Part shown: positions 10,605-24,569 of the stretch, one piece after another
Numbering within the stretch: the stretch's first letter is position 1
How the letters are laid out: each line of letters starts with the position of its first letter
Assembly: GCF_004010195.1 (NCBI RefSeq)
Contig: NC_057719.1
Span: forward strand, 68,686,622 to 68,750,621
Direction of reading: 5' to 3'
From: Chiloscyllium plagiosum
Lineage: Eukaryota
Length of the DNA: 64,000 bases
Position numbers and translations under genes: made by a program
The notes under the pieces: model-generated
What the model was told of the DNA's origin: nothing
Seen by the model: only the letters and a program-made list of their open reading frames with translations
The model's database searches: none

Positions 10605-11475
10605 ACATAATATAAGCATGTCATCCTTATTTTAATGTTGAGTGCCTTTCACAATAAAGGTTCTTATTGTATTCGCCTTCATGATTACATGCTGGACCTG
10701 TATACTAACATTTTATAACACATGTACTCAAACATCTAGATTGTTCTGCACCTTCAATTTCACAGTTGTTCTCTGTTTAACCAATACTTTGCTTTTTAAT
10801 TTTCCCTCCAAAGTGAACACCTTCACATTTTCACATTATACTCCAGAATTAACTGCCAGAATTTTTCTCACTCACTTAACCTATGTTGTACCTGTCTTTG
10901 TGTCACGTGCAAATGTAGCTATCGTACCTTTTGTAGCCTTCATGTGAACCATGATACAAATTGTAAAAAAGACTGAGGCCCCATAACTACATTTTCACAT
11001 TCTGCTAATCAGGTGGAAATCCATTTATGCATATGTTCTATTTTCAGCTGGCCAGCTAATCTTTCATATTCTGCAATAATCTTTGAAGTGCAGTCTTCTC
11101 AGCTTCTGGAAATCCGAGTACAGGATATCTACAGGCTTCCCTTTATCTGCAGCACGTTTCTTTTTAAAGAATGCCAATAAATTGGTCACGCATGATTTCC
11201 TTTTGACAAAACCAATGTTGATTCTTCTTAGCTTTGAGTGCCAAACTACAGTCTCTGATGGTTGATTCTAATACTTCTCCCCATGACAGACATCAAGCCA
11301 ACTGACCTATAGTTTCTGGTTTTCTGTCTCCCTCTCTTGATATGAAGGGTTATTTTTGCTACTTTCTGATGGAACCTTTTCTGAAACTTGGAAATTTGGG
11401 AAAATCAACACCAGCTTACCTCATTAGCCAACACCTTTTATGACACTAGGATGAAGTCTGTCAAGCTCTGGGTAT
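10605..11475 (-). mobile_element. Decayed CR1 ORF2
   Basis: Reverse-complement CR1 hallmarks such as ACTGACCTATAGTTTCTGG (NYRxVS-type) and CATGATTTCCTTTTGACAAAACCA. Confidence 0.65.
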
Positions 11476-12329
11476 CTTGACAGAAAATACTGAAAAACAT
11501 ACCAGGGCACCTAGCATCTCCAGAGATGACAACATGATTAACACTTCTTGTCAAGGACCAAATATCCCTGTCCTGAAAAATTAACTGCTTGTGCTTTCAC
11601 AGATACTGCCAGATATGCTGAGTATTTATGATATTTTCTGTTTTTACTTTATATTGAATTATAACTTTATATTGAATATTGTCTTAATTGCTGCTTCCTA
11701 TAGTTTTCCCTACCAAAACAGCAGTGAGCGCACAACAGTAATAATTAATTGGGTAAGAAAAGCCGTGGAACATTTTGGGGTCAGGAAAATAACTATTTGT
11801 GATGTAAAGAGCCAACTGCACTGTTACAGTCAGGCATATTCCTATGGAGTCTGTGTCAAAATAACATAGGAATACGATGGAATTGAGATTTAGGTTTATA
11901 GAGTTTCAGGAGATGACCTCTCTTACCATATCTTATATATAGTTATGTTTAACTAAGCCTGTTAATGTTCTGTCCATCTAAGTTCAGACCTGATCTTACT
12001 GTATGCTGGCACACATTGACCAGGCCCACAGAACCAGAAGCAAGTGGCAAAGAGCACCTGAAGTGAAGTCCAGCGGTAGTATGGTGCATCAGGGTAAGTA
12101 TAAAGCCAGCCCTACAATCGAATCACAGAAGGGACGGAATAGCCTGAAGCGAAACCCAGCAACAGTGTAGTACAAAGGGCAAAGGACTCCAAGATTGATC
12201 TAGTTACTGGATTGCAGAAAGAGAAAACAGCTCAAGAGAGGAAATCCCACATAACACTAAGAAAGGGCAGAAATGGGAAAAAAAACTTTTGGCAGCCATA
12301 ACTGATCCAGCAAAGCCACTTAATGATGT

Positions 12330-12559
12330 TGTAGTGATTGGAACAAGGTTAGCCAGGTGGATCTCATTGAGTATGAGTTCCCTGATTGGGGCTGTTAACC
12401 TGGGCCAATCAGGGAGCAATGGCTGACAGATATTAACAGGAGTCTCAGGTATTTTCTTGACTGTAGGGACTGACTCTGAGTTGTCTGGTCAGAGTCCATA
12501 TACTGCGCGCATGTAAATAATGACTTGGATATGGGATACTGGCCTTTGTGGAGTTATCA
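12330..12559 (+). mobile_element. Solo LTR (TG...CA), copy 1
   Basis: Runs TGTAGT...TTATCA with a CCAAT box (GGCCAATCA), TATA-like GATATTAA and AATAAT. Homologous to 62418-62642. Confidence 0.7.
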
Positions 12560-15500
12560 GGTGGAAAAGGCTTTTCCTTCACCTAAGCATCTAGACTATA
12601 TCAAGGCCCTGAGTAGATTATGTATTGGGTCATTTGACACCAAAAACTGAACAAGGACCAAATCAGCGTATTCTTGTTTGCAGATGGCAGCAGTGCCAAC
12701 ACTATTCTCAAATAGCAGTGTAGGGAAGAATACCAGATATGGCAATGTAATTTAAGCCTGTAATTGCTATTTTAGTTTTTCCTATACTCTGATATATTCT
12801 CATCATAGACCAAGCAAAGTTTAATTGGTGCATCCAGCAGCCAGAAGAAAGTACTACCTTCTATTATCAATATGGAACATTAAAAATGAACTGGTATAGG
12901 ACTGCATCATAGGGTTGTTGGATACAGTTCAATCAGAATTCTTTGGTCAAAGGCAGTGCAGTTTGCCAGACTGGCTTAACTTTTCAAGCCAAGCAGACTT
13001 TTTACCACTGGAGACATAGAATTTTTCAGGAGTCTGAGCACTCGCGTTCAGTCAGTCCAGTTTGTTGATCTGAGGGATACCAATACAGCAGTAACACAGC
13101 AGCCACAATAGGAAGTGGATAAGTTTGAAAAAAGAAACGGATTGTTTAAGACAGCAACTGTCTGAGAAGTGGATACAACTGAGGAATAGGATACTGAGGT
13201 GGATGGGGGGAAATGGTAAACAAACAAGACTATTTCTGGCATGCTGATACCATTGATATCATGGTTCCTGGCAATAAAAAAATCTTTTAATTTGGACATG
13301 GGACAAGCACACTAATTTTTCAGATTTAACTCTGTGGTTGAAGTTTTAATTTCTCAATTGGTCTTCTATCAAAGTTTAAGATGCTGGGGAAATCTAAATT
13401 AGAGCATAGGACAGATGTGAGGTATTCGATGCTGCTTTGGGAGAGAGATTGTTGATTGCATGTTGTCCTTCATTGCACATCATTACTTGTATAACTTGAA
13501 TCTTCCTTAGTCACCGACTGCAACAGAAATTAAAGTTGACTTATTATCCTCCAACCCAGTCTTTGTTGAAGGATCATCGTGACTAGGACCAAGGAAGAAA
13601 TGCAGATTTTCACTTCTCTGTGAGAAAAGGGTCAGAAGTGGGAACAGGATACGGCAGGAATAATGGTGACCAGCTGCAAGATACATTCTGGACCTTAATT
13701 GGCTGTTTCAGGACTGAGTGAGAATAATACTGCCACAGAAGCATATGAACTTTCGGAAGCAGACCTTCTCGATCTTTCTACACCCTTTGACTTGATTGAC
13801 AATGTTAGCAAACATTGTGCTGATTTTTTGGACCCTTTTTCAGAAATTGATAAACAGTTAAATTCATCTGTTTATTTTGCTCAGCCCACCACATGCAGCA
13901 ACCATTGTAAGTAGTTAAGAAAAAAAAAACCTACTGAGAAGGAGACACTAAACCCCAAACTGGATCAAGCCAAGATTGAATATTCATAGAATCTTAATGT
14001 ACAAAAAAAAAACTGAAATGTGCAGTTGAATTCCATCAGCAAGTATGGAAGCACTCATTGTTTTATTCAGTAAAGATCGGAGGATGAATTTGCAGTCTGA
14101 GGAGTACCTTAACAAAGTTGAAAGTTGAACATCAGATTTATTCTCTGGGTGGTCTTTGTTCTGGCTTTCATTTACCAGCTTTGTCCCAGGATCAGAGTGC
14201 AAAGCAGAAGGACTGCTTTGATTTCTTGGGACCATAAAATATAAAAGCAGAATTCAGCCATTTGGCCCATCAAGTCTTTTCCGCCATTTCATCATGGCTG
14301 ATAAGTTACTCAACCCCATTTTCCTGATACTATAACTCTTATAACTATAACTCCCTATAGTTATAACTATACAATAACTCCCTATAACTCTTGATACTCT
14401 TTACTCATAAAGAACTTGTCTATTTCAATTTCTTATCTTTGATTTTATGAGGCTGTGATTGTTTGAGTCCTGGAGTATTTTCTTTGGAATCGGTTTTTCT
14501 TTGATTGGCTTCACTGCTGTCACATTTAAGGTTGCTTAAGTGTCATAACTCGAATGCCAGCTGTAGTAAGAAACTCCAGTCTAACTGCACCAATGTATCG
14601 GCCAAACAAGGCAATGATCAGTGTTCACGTGTATCCTGCGCAAATTCCAAGAGAGCCAAGAATATTGTTGCAAATTAATGCTTCAACAAAAGAGGTTTGC
14701 ATATATTTTGAGGTGGAAGGTGCAGGGAAAATCATATTTAGATGTAAATTTTAAGTAGCTTAAAAGATTAATTTTTTTTGGGTTGAGGGGAAGGTGTGGA
14801 GTGTAGGGTTGACTATACCTTTTTGTTGAGAGAGACTAATGAGTGTGTATGTAAGGAGCTATATCATAGTGAAATACAATTGGGACCCCAATCTGTAGGG
14901 TACTTGCAATGCCTTCTGCTATCACCTCTTGTATATAATTATGTTCAATAAAGCTGAAATATTCACTCACCTGAGTTCAAGCCTGATTTTACTTTGCTGG
15001 GTGAATGTAAGATGTTTCCATCATGACCAAGTTAAACCTTACCTTGGTAGTCTGAATATGCGAAATATCATGGAAAGAAGGATAATTATGTTCAATTCCT
15101 GAATAGATGATTTCGTACATTTAAGTTACTCTTTTTTTTGTATGTCCTGCTACGTAGCTAAATATGCTGCTTATTGAAATACAGAATACTTGTTCTGCTT
15201 TCTGATTTTTCTGCTCCAATCAAATTATATTTTATCCAGTCCTGGCATGTTTCATAATTTGCTTTGTAGTCATTGCTGTGAAACCATGAAAATTCAAATG
15301 TTACTTTGTAGAATCAACTGTTGTGCTTCCTTCTATCAATTTGAATTAACTAAATGTATGTGTTTAACTTGAGCTTCACTACACCAGAATTAGTTCAATA
15401 CTTAGCATTGGTTTGTGCCCAAACTGCCCCAGTGTCTCAAAACCCACAAAATGTTCATTATTGTGCTGTTAACCTCAATGGATAATTGAGATGCCTTAAT

Positions 15501-16189
15501 CTGGAAACAACAGTATTTGGAGTCCTGTGATAGTTTAATTATTATACCAGGTGTGATAACCAGAATACTTTGAATCACATACAGTAATTGCAGATCTGTT
15601 TTAGAAAGAATAGTTAATTAGAAGTGTGCTTAATTATGCGATTTTAGAATGCCAACTGTCAATTATTAAACTAATGAATTCCTAATTCTGTCCATTCTTT
15701 CTAAATATTTCCATCTTTCATTCATCAAGGAGCTTTGGAATTATGCATGAAAATAACAAGATTGCAATCAGTCTAGTCTTAAATCTTAACTAATTAATTG
15801 CAAACTTGAAATGTGGTCTTCAAAATAATATCCTTGAAGAAAATTACAAAAGCAACAATCTATTAATAGTAGCATAGAAACTTTTAAGTATAAGTTTTCT
15901 ACCTCATATACAACATAATCAAGATGATGTGGGTATAATTACAGTACAGTCAATAGTGTATCAAATCCAGATGTCAGGTTAGTGCTGCACATATACTATC
16001 AGTGTGAACCCTGAGTCAGTCACTTGTATACTAAACTTGCAGCCTACATAGACATGTAATCATAATTTGTTTTCAGACCATTATTAGCCCAAAAGAGTTT
16101 TCAAAAGAGATATAGTGTTCTACACCTGGACATGTAGTAGCTTTGGTGCTGATGTGCCACGCACTGGCTGCTGCCTTCTGTTACATTGG

Positions 16190-16740
16190 CTCCTTTTATT
16201 GCAAGAGGATTTGAGTACATGATTGCAGTTATCTTTCTGCAAGTATATGGAGCCCAGGAGTATTGTGTAGGGTTTTGGATTCCATTGTTAAGGAAGTCAA
16301 TTTGTCGTACAGGGAGAGCAGCAAAGGTTCACCATCTAATTCCTGGGATGGCAGGATTATCATATGAAGAAGGGTTAAGGAGACTTAGCCTGTCTTCTCC
16401 AGAGTTGAGGAATGAGTGGTGAACTTATCGAAACATTCAAAACTTCTATAGGACTTAACAGGGTGGATGCCCTCGCTTAGAATAAGGGGTGACCCACTTC
16501 AAGAAGAGGAAGACTTTATTTGGAAGTTTTAGAATTCTCTATCCCTGAGCTCTCTGGCGCCTCAGTCATTGATTATTGTCAATCAATAGATTTATAGACA
16601 TGGAGGGCATTAAAGGATATGGGAATAGTGCATGAAAATGACATTGAGATTGGTAATCAGCCATGAGCAAGTTGAAGGGTGGAGTAGGCTCAAGGGGCCA
16701 AATGGCTTTCTTCTGCCCCTATGTCCATGTTTCTATGTTC
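16190..16740 (+). mobile_element. Decayed CR1 3' region
   Basis: Contains GAGTATTGTGTAGGGTTTTGG (EYCVxFW) and GGGATGGCAGGATTATCATATGAAGA (GLSYEE), with a TATGTTTCTATGTTC tail. Confidence 0.75.
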
Positions 16741-17582
16741 CTAGTATCTCTCAAAGAAGTGACTAATGGCACTATCTTTATACCTGTACTAACAGCACCA
16801 ATGTGCTGCAGGTGCTGTTTAATATCAGAGGTACCTTTCAATTGCTCTCTCAGAAGCAGACTATGTATGGATCATCACATTGGAGCCTACATTACTGCAT
16901 TAATCTGGAAAAATTGAAACATGTCCCAGTTGATATCTGGTTTGAGGCCTATTTTCCCAACGAACTCAGGGAATATAAGGTAACTTCTTATTACAGGACA
17001 GCTGGATCTCCATAATAATTAAATATATGACATCATTGTAACTGTAATTTCTGGTTGTGCTTTGAGACCGACTAGATTTATTTAAAAAAAACCGGAGCTG
17101 AAAAATTGGGCTTGGTGCCAGTTCTCATTTCTTGAGTGAAACAGAGAAAATGGTTTGCAATTTTCTGGCTCTTTAACTCTGCTTTTTGTATTGAATAGCC
17201 TTAGCAACCATTTAATAATAAATAAACAAACTTGGTAACTGAAACAGATGATTATTGTAGTTATGAACCTCCTTTTTGTAATGTGTACTTGACCTATCTG
17301 AAAGACATCAATCTTGAAAAGTGACCTCATGCCAGAGTTTCATGTTTTATTTTCATGTTTCTGATGCAAAGCTGATTATTGTCTCAAAATAACTTTCTTG
17401 TCTAATTTGCATTTTAAATCTTGGTCTGCAAGACCGCATTATTCTGTGACCAGAATTGGAAAGCTGCATAATTTTAAAGTTTCTCTGAAAACTAAATTTG
17501 TACATTGAACATAATTTACATATCAAATTTCTTTTTTAATGTGATGTATTTCACTTTGCACAAAACTACTTGACTTTGCTTT

Positions 17583-18623
17583 ATGGCTTTATGCATGGGA
17601 AATCATGTCTCACGAACTTGATTGAGTTTTTTTGAAGAAGTAACAGAGAGGATTGATGAGGGCGAGCGGTAAGATGTGATACATATAGATTTCAGTAAGA
17701 CTTTCGGCAAGGTTCCCCGGGGAAACTGGTGAGAAAGGTTAGATCTCGTGGAATGCAGGGCGAACTAGCCATTTGGATACAGAACTGGCTCAAAAGTAGA
17801 AGACAGAGGGTGATGGTGGAGGGTTGTTTTTCAGACTGGAGGCCTGTGACTAGTGGAGTGCCACAAGGATTGGTGCTGGGTCCACTACTTTTCATTATTT
17901 ATAGAAAAGATTTGGATGTGAGCATAAGAGGTATAGTTAATAAGTTTGCAGGTGACACCAAAATTGGAGTTGTAGTGGACAGTGAAGAAGGCTCCCTCAG
18001 ATTACAACTGGATCTTGATCAGATGGGCCAATGGGCTGAGAAGTGGCCGATGGGGTTTAATTAGATAAATGCGGGGTGCTGCATTTTGGGGAAGCAAATT
18101 TTAGCAGGACTTGTACACTTAATGATAAGGTCCTAGAAAGTATTGCTGAACAAAGAGACCTTGGAGTGGAGGTTCATAGCTCCTTGAAAGTGGAGTTGAA
18201 GGTAGATAGGATGGTGAAGAAGGTGTTTGGTATGCTTTCCTTTATTGGTCAGAGTATTGAGTACCTTATAGAGGTTTATAAAATCATGAGGGGCATGGAT
18301 AGGATCTTTTCCCCAGGGTGGGGGAGTCCAGAACTAGAGGTTTAGGGTGAGAAGGAAAGATATAAAAGAGAACTAAGGGGCAACTCTTTCATGCAGAGGT
18401 TGGTACGTGTATGGAATGAGCTGCCAGAGGAAGTGATGGAGGCTAATACAATTGCAACATTTAACAGGCATTTAGATGGGTTTATGAATAGGAAGGGTTT
18501 GGAGGGACACTGACCTGGTGTTGACAGGTGGGACTAGATTGGGTTGGGATATTTGGTCGGCATGGACGAGTTGGACCAAAGGGTCTGTCTCTGTGCTGTA
18601 CATCTCCATGACTCTATGACTCT
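17583..18623 (+). mobile_element. CR1/HER1 LINE, RT to 3' end, 5'-truncated and disrupted
   Basis: ORF fragments WIQNWL..RRQRV, SGVPQGLVLGPLLF, KFAGDTKIG and RDLGV. Ends in an (ATGACTCT)n tail. Confidence 0.93.
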
Positions 18624-18769
18624 ACTTATTCGGGTGAACAAATGGGTTTTGTTTAAATGTGAGTTTAGCACTGTTCCTGTCAATGTTCTCTCTTTATCGT
18701 TCCTTCTGTTAACCTACCTGTTGGAGAATTTCAGTTGTTACATGTGTGTTCATAAATGACAGAGGGATA

Positions 18770-19980
18770 CTCACAGTAACCATAGGCCAGTCAACATAAC
18801 ATTACTGAGTTGGAACCCTCTTGAAACAATTAATTTGGGATTAGATATCTGATAAGGTTGATGAACTTCATGAGGAAAAGTTAATGTTGTGGATGTGAAC
18901 TTTGAAAAGGCTTTTGTTAAAGCGCCACGCAATAAATTTATCAACAAAGTGAAGTCCATGGAAACAAGAAGGCACTGTCCTCATGGATGTATAATTTTGT
19001 AAAGGACAGGAAACAGTACTGTGGTTGTAATTCTTTTTCAAAGTGATGCATACAAGTGTGCGTGCCCATGGGTTGATATTAAGATAACTGCTCTTTTTGA
19101 TAAATGATTCTATTTAATTAATATATAAGGCATAACTTGAAAATTTGAGGATTATAAAAGCTTGGAAGGGTAGATTACTGTGAGGAGATTAGAACAGATT
19201 TCAAGAGGACATTGGTGAAAAGGGCAGATTCATAGCAAATGAAATATTAATGTAGCAAAGTGTGAGGTGGTGGATTTTAGAGAGTGTGAGGGAAGACAAT
19301 ATGAGCTTAATAGTCAATTTCAAAGGGGGTGTAGGAGCAGAGGCCAGTAATAAATAAAATATAATAAAATTAATAAATAAAACATACGAATTTGAAAAGG
19401 TGACAGGACAAGTGGAAGCTCTTTTTTTCAAAACATAATGCACCTATGGGATCTTTGGCTTCACAAATAAAGCTATAAGCATATTGTGTTCATTTCTCAG
19501 GATCACTCAATTCGAGATGTCAAGGCCTTAGAGAGTAGATCTAGAGATTCTTGAATGAAGCACTATAATATGGAAAGACTAAAGTAGTTGATCTCCAAGC
19601 AGAGAATGTGAAAATTTAATCAGGGTGATCACAATTATGATGGTTTGTGCTGCAGGTAATGGGGAGAAATTGTTGGCATTGATGTGTAGATTGGGAACCA
19701 GATAGACAGATGTGGATAATTTGCTGAAGAATCAAAGGTTGAAGTGACTTTTTTTAATGCAATAAGTTGTTGCACCCTGGAACATACTGCATAAAAAGAT
19801 GGTGGAAACAGATTTAAAATTAGCTGTCAAAAAGAAATTTGGATAAATATTTGGAAAGGAAAAATTTGATGGATTATGGAGGACGGACAAGGAGGAGAAA
19901 TGAGGATATGGGATTATTTGAATAGCTCTTCTCAAAATGGATGATGGACTGAATGGGGCTATTCTGTAAGATTATATGAA
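18770..19980 (+). mobile_element. Old decayed CR1 ORF2 and 3' end
   Basis: Degenerate RT motifs (GGATGTGAACTTTGAAAAGGCTTTT, AAATTTGAGGAT) and a 3' GGACTGAATGGGCT tail. Confidence 0.6.
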
Positions 19981-20675
19981 AAAAAACTTGTGTCAAAAAA
20001 GCTTCATTTTTTGTTTGTTTTTTCTCAAATAAAACAATTGTTTCTAGCTTGTAAAAATCAATTAAATTTCTTTTAAAAATATTCTGAATCAACTAATGGA
20101 ATATGGAATTGATACTGATGAGTTGAGAAATAAAAATGGACTCACAGTTACTTTAACCAATTGTAATTAACTAAGTGTTTAACCACTTTTTAGACTGAGT
20201 ATAGATTTCAGTTAATTTAGCAGGTCAGAATTATTTACAATGTCTTTGAATGCTCAATACAATGGAATATAGTGATTCTTCTTAGTTTCGTTGCCTCATT
20301 AATGAATATCGCAGTGTGTGGTAGGGAACTCAGATCTTTGACAGTTAGTTCTAGAGATATTTAAAACATGGATAGTGATAAACTGTTGAATTATAGCTCA
20401 TTCTAACTGTAAAATTTAGCATTGACTTGCAGTTTAAACCATTTTTAAAGGTCATTATTGTTTGAAATTCAAAATATCCATCTCAGGAATGTACGTTCAC
20501 TTAAAATTTATGGCAAATCACATATTAAAACATTTAATACTGCAGGGAAATGATTTTATATCATTGATTGCTAAGACAAAATATCACTGCCTGATGTTTT
20601 GGTCTTCCAGAGGCAAGCTGAGTGACTGTTTCATAAAATGGAGAAAGCAAGAGTTACAACACTAATCTTGGTGTA

Positions 20676-20869
20676 CATGATTCGGAGATGCCGGTTGGAC
20701 TGGGGTGTACAAAGTTAAAAATCAAACAACACCAGGTTATAGTCCAACAATTGGAAGCGCTGGCTTTCGAAACGACGCTCCTTCACCTGATGAAGGAGCG
20801 TCGCTCCGAAAGCTAGTGTGCTTCCAATTAAACCTGTTGGACTATAACCTGGTGTTGTGTGATTTTTAA
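20676..20869. mobile_element. Family B hammerhead element, palindromic (head-to-head) insertion
   Basis: Minus arm 20676-20785 and plus arm 20784-20869. Intact hammerhead at 20784-20818. Flanking direct repeat TAATCTTGGTGTA at 20663-20675 and 20867-20879. Confidence 0.9.
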
Positions 20870-21831
20870 TCTTGGTGTATGTAGTATAGATGTCATATGC
20901 TGTTGTTAAAACAATTTTCTTGAACTAACAGAGAAGACAGGACAGGATAAATCCAGAAATATTTGTTAAATGAACCTGCATGATTTGAAAGACTATGTAT
21001 GTAATACATGTGCAGAGTCTGACAAATTGGAGCTAACTAGAGGGAAATTGAGGGAAGCTTGAACAGATCTATTATGTGGAATACTATGTGAACCTTGATT
21101 TTGTTGGTGTTGAAAGCGATATATGCTCAATATCTGGCGCAGATGTAGAGGTCACATGCCAGTAGCAAGGCAGCTAGTAGAATTACATTTCTCCAGCCTT
21201 CCCACTATTCATCCATGCGCTATTATTTGTAATTACAGATCATTCAATTACCCAATTTATAAGGTCAACAATTAAAACTTCTATTCATTAATAGAATCAT
21301 GTGTTCACTCTAGTTAGTTCCAATTTGTCAGACTCTGCACATGTATTACATACATAGTCTTTTAAATCATGCAGGTCTTCAAATGGTATGCACATATGTT
21401 GTTATTGGTTGTTCCTCTGGCATCTCCTCATTCCAAGAGAGACGTTCCTTTTCCAGGGAGTAGTGTTCCTGTGATAAGTGTTTTTGCTGTTGTAACTGTT
21501 GTTGTTAATTTTTTTCTATTGATGGGGTATGGTGAACTTAAGGGACTGTTGGTTGGTCCATACAGAGTGCAACTGCTGAAATCATGTTTTCCTAATGAGC
21601 TGGCTGCAGTGTAGGTTGAGCCTCGCCAGTTGTATGTAGATGTCTGTATTCGGAACTTGTCAGATTCACATTCATTGCATTACAATTGAGGTTATGATTG
21701 TTCTGCGCAATTTGACATGTAGGATGACTTTTGTTAACAACGTTGAATGTTTGGACACTGTCTCTCAAATTCCCAGCTCTGGCAGTGGTTTGGCAGTTTT
21801 ATTGGCGAAATTTGGCCTTTTCCCAGTGAAC

Positions 21832-23470
21832 TGGGAGAAAGTGAGGACTGCAGATGCTGGAGATCAGAGTTGAGAATGTGGTACTGGAAAAGTACAGCCG
21901 GTCAGGAGAATTGACGTTGAACATTAGCTCTTCGTCAGGAATGAGGCTGGTTGGCCAAGGGGGCTGAGAGATCAATGGGATAGGGATGGGGCTGGGTGGA
22001 AGGTAGCTAAGAATGCGATAGGTAGATGAAAGTGGGGGTGAAGGTCATAGGTTGGAGAGGAGGGTGGAGTGGATAGATGGGAAGGAAGATGGACAGGTCA
22101 AGAGGGCAGTGTAGAGTTGGAAGTTTGGATCTAGGATAAGGTGGGTGGAGAGGAAATGATGAAACTGGTGAAATCCACATTGATCCCATGTGGTTGGAGG
22201 GTCCAGGCAGAAGATGAGGTATTCTTTCTCCAGGCATCACGTGGTAAAGCTTTGGTGACGGAGGCAGCCCAGGACCTGCATATCCTTCGGCAAGTGGGAG
22301 GAGAAGTTAAAGTGTTCAGCCAGAGCGTGGTGGGGTTGTTTTGTGCATGTGTTCAGGAGATGTGCTCTGAACCGTTCTCCAGTGTCGAGGAGACCATATT
22401 GGGAGCAATGGATACAAGAAATGATGTATTTGGAAGTGCAGATAAATTTCTGTCGGATATGGAAGGCTTCTTTGAGGCCTTGGGAGTGAGGAGGTGTGGT
22501 CGCAGGTTTTGCAATTCTTGCGGTGGCAGGGGAAGGTGCCTGGAGGGGAGGGTGGGTTGGTCGGAGGTTGGGGGGGAGGGGAGAGCAGGTTCTGTTTTTG
22601 TCTTGGTTGGAGGGGTGGGGTTCGAGGGCAGAGGTGCGAAAAGTAGATGTGATATGCTGGAGACAGGGCTCCCACATAGTCGATGATGCCCTCTATCACA
22701 TCTCATCCACTTTTCGCACCTGCGCCTCGAACTCCATCCCTCCAACCACAAGAACAGAACCTCCCTGGTTCTCCCCTTCCAATCCACTGTAATACCTTGC
22801 AACATCCTCCGCCATTTCCGTCACCTACAAACAGACCCCACCACCAAGGATATATTTCCCTCCCCATCCCTTTCCATGTTCTGTAAAGACCATTCACTCC
22901 GTGACTCTCTTGTCAGGTCCACGCCCCCACAAACCCACCTTCCCCTTTCACCACAAGAATTGCAAACTTGCACCCACACCTCCACCCTTACCTCCGTCTA
23001 AGGCCGCAGAGGAGCCTTGCACATCCGTCAGAGATTTACCTGCACTTCCACACACTTCATTTACTGTATTCGTTGCTCCTCATGTGGTCTCCTCTACATT
23101 GGGGAAAGTGGACGCTTATTGGCGGAACACTTCAGAAAGCGCTTCTGAGACACCTGCACAAAACAGCCCCACTGCCGTACACTTGAACTCCCCCTCCCAC
23201 TTGCCCAAGAACATGCAGGTCCTGGGCCTCCTCCATCGCCAAATCCTTACCACCTGATGCCTAGAGGAAGAACACCTTATTGTCCGCCTTGGGATCCTCC
23301 AACCACATAGGATCAATGTAGATTTCACCAGGTTCTTCATTTCCCCTCCCCACCTTATCCTAGATCCAAAATGGCACCGCCCTCGACCTAGATGCTGGAG
23401 ATCAGAGTCAAGATTAGAGTGGTGCTGGAAAAGCACAATAGAGCAGGAAAATCTACGATTCGGGCAAAAG
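21832..23470. mobile_element. Neptune-type PLE, inverted arms (minus about 21832-22665, plus about 22669-23390) plus a short pLTR piece 23390-23470
   Basis: Cys linker GTFPCHRKNCKTC and GIY-YIG remnants (CIHCSQYGLL / LLYIGE) on both strands. pLTR start GGAGAAAGTGAGGACTGCAGATGCTGG. Confidence 0.85.
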
Positions 23471-23932
23471 TCATTGTAATGACTGCTTTGTCATAACAAC
23501 TGAAGTGTGTTTCAAGCGTTCTGCACTCTCATTGCTTGTCGATAATGTCAGCTGATACAAATTTACTCCAGGCTTCATCCGTGCATGCATCACATGTTCA
23601 GCAGTCATGTTCAGGAGTGCCAGGCCAGTGGAGGGTAATAGAACAAGTTCAGCAATGTTGGGCTGGGACTGGGAATGTTGTGGCCACGAGTAAGGATTGA
23701 AATCAGATAGGGCAGGCAGGATTCGGGTCAACTGTGTCAGAGAATTCACATGGTCATGACATGCAACTTTAGCCTCTGCTGTCTTAGTGACCCTCACCAT
23801 CAGAGTATCTGGGCCACTAAATACGATCAGGGTGAGGAGTAAATTAAGGTGAACCTATGGAAGATACACAGTGAGAAGAGGGTAAATGCAACCCGTTTGA
23901 GAAAAATGAGTCAAACACTGACATTACGGTGA

Positions 23933-24522
23933 TGTTGTGAGTTATATGGTTAGTGAATAACTTTTTGCATCACATGAAATTGAAGAAAAAATGTAAAAAT
24001 CTAGCAGAAGGAAAGTAAAAACCGGTGTTTTCAGTATTTATCTTACAGTGTGTGGTGAAAGGGTTAAAATTGTGTCCCAATACATGTGTGAATCTAACCG
24101 AAAATGGAAGGTGTCGCTTAGTCCCGTGTGAATCTTATTACACACCTCCCCGTGTGAATCTTCTTATCTGTATGTAACCAGAATGGAATGTGTTTTTTAG
24201 CCTTGCTCTGCTGTTCACATGAATGTTTATATCTGGAAAAGAGTATATCAGCTGGAAAAGTCTCCAGTTTGGTGAGTCTGCTCCGGGGTTACGTTTAACC
24301 GCCGAGCGTGGGTTGTTGGCAACTGGTCTACGAGAACTGACGGCTCCCAGTTCCGGTAACATGTAGGGTGAGTATAAGCCAGACCCGTTGTAAGTATGAG
24401 ACCTGGTTGTGGCGACGCTGCGGGGAATAAAATGCTCATATTCTAGCAGACTCGCCTCTTGGTCGTTTGTTCTGTGTCAGACTACTCTCCTACGAACCTG
24501 ACCTTGAGAATTTTTTAAAACA
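23933..24522 (+). mobile_element. Probable solo LTR, about 590 bp
   Basis: TGTT...AACA ends, GTGTGAATCT repeated three times (24086, 24126, 24152), TATAA at 24373, AATAAA at 24426, more CpG than the flanks. No clean TSD. Confidence 0.55.
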
Positions 24523-24569
24523 CAGTGGTGAAATATATTGGATTCTGTGGTATAAGTTAGTACACTGAT

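Noticed and set aside
14338..14352. TAACTATAAC resembling the LSU rRNA / I-CeuI site
   Set aside because: No further rRNA similarity. It is part of a local micro-repeat patch.
20676..20869. Interpretation as a MITE or CRISPR-like repeat
   Set aside because: The arms are unequal, the same unit occurs unpaired elsewhere, and there is no repeat-spacer array. It fits an inverted retro-insertion.
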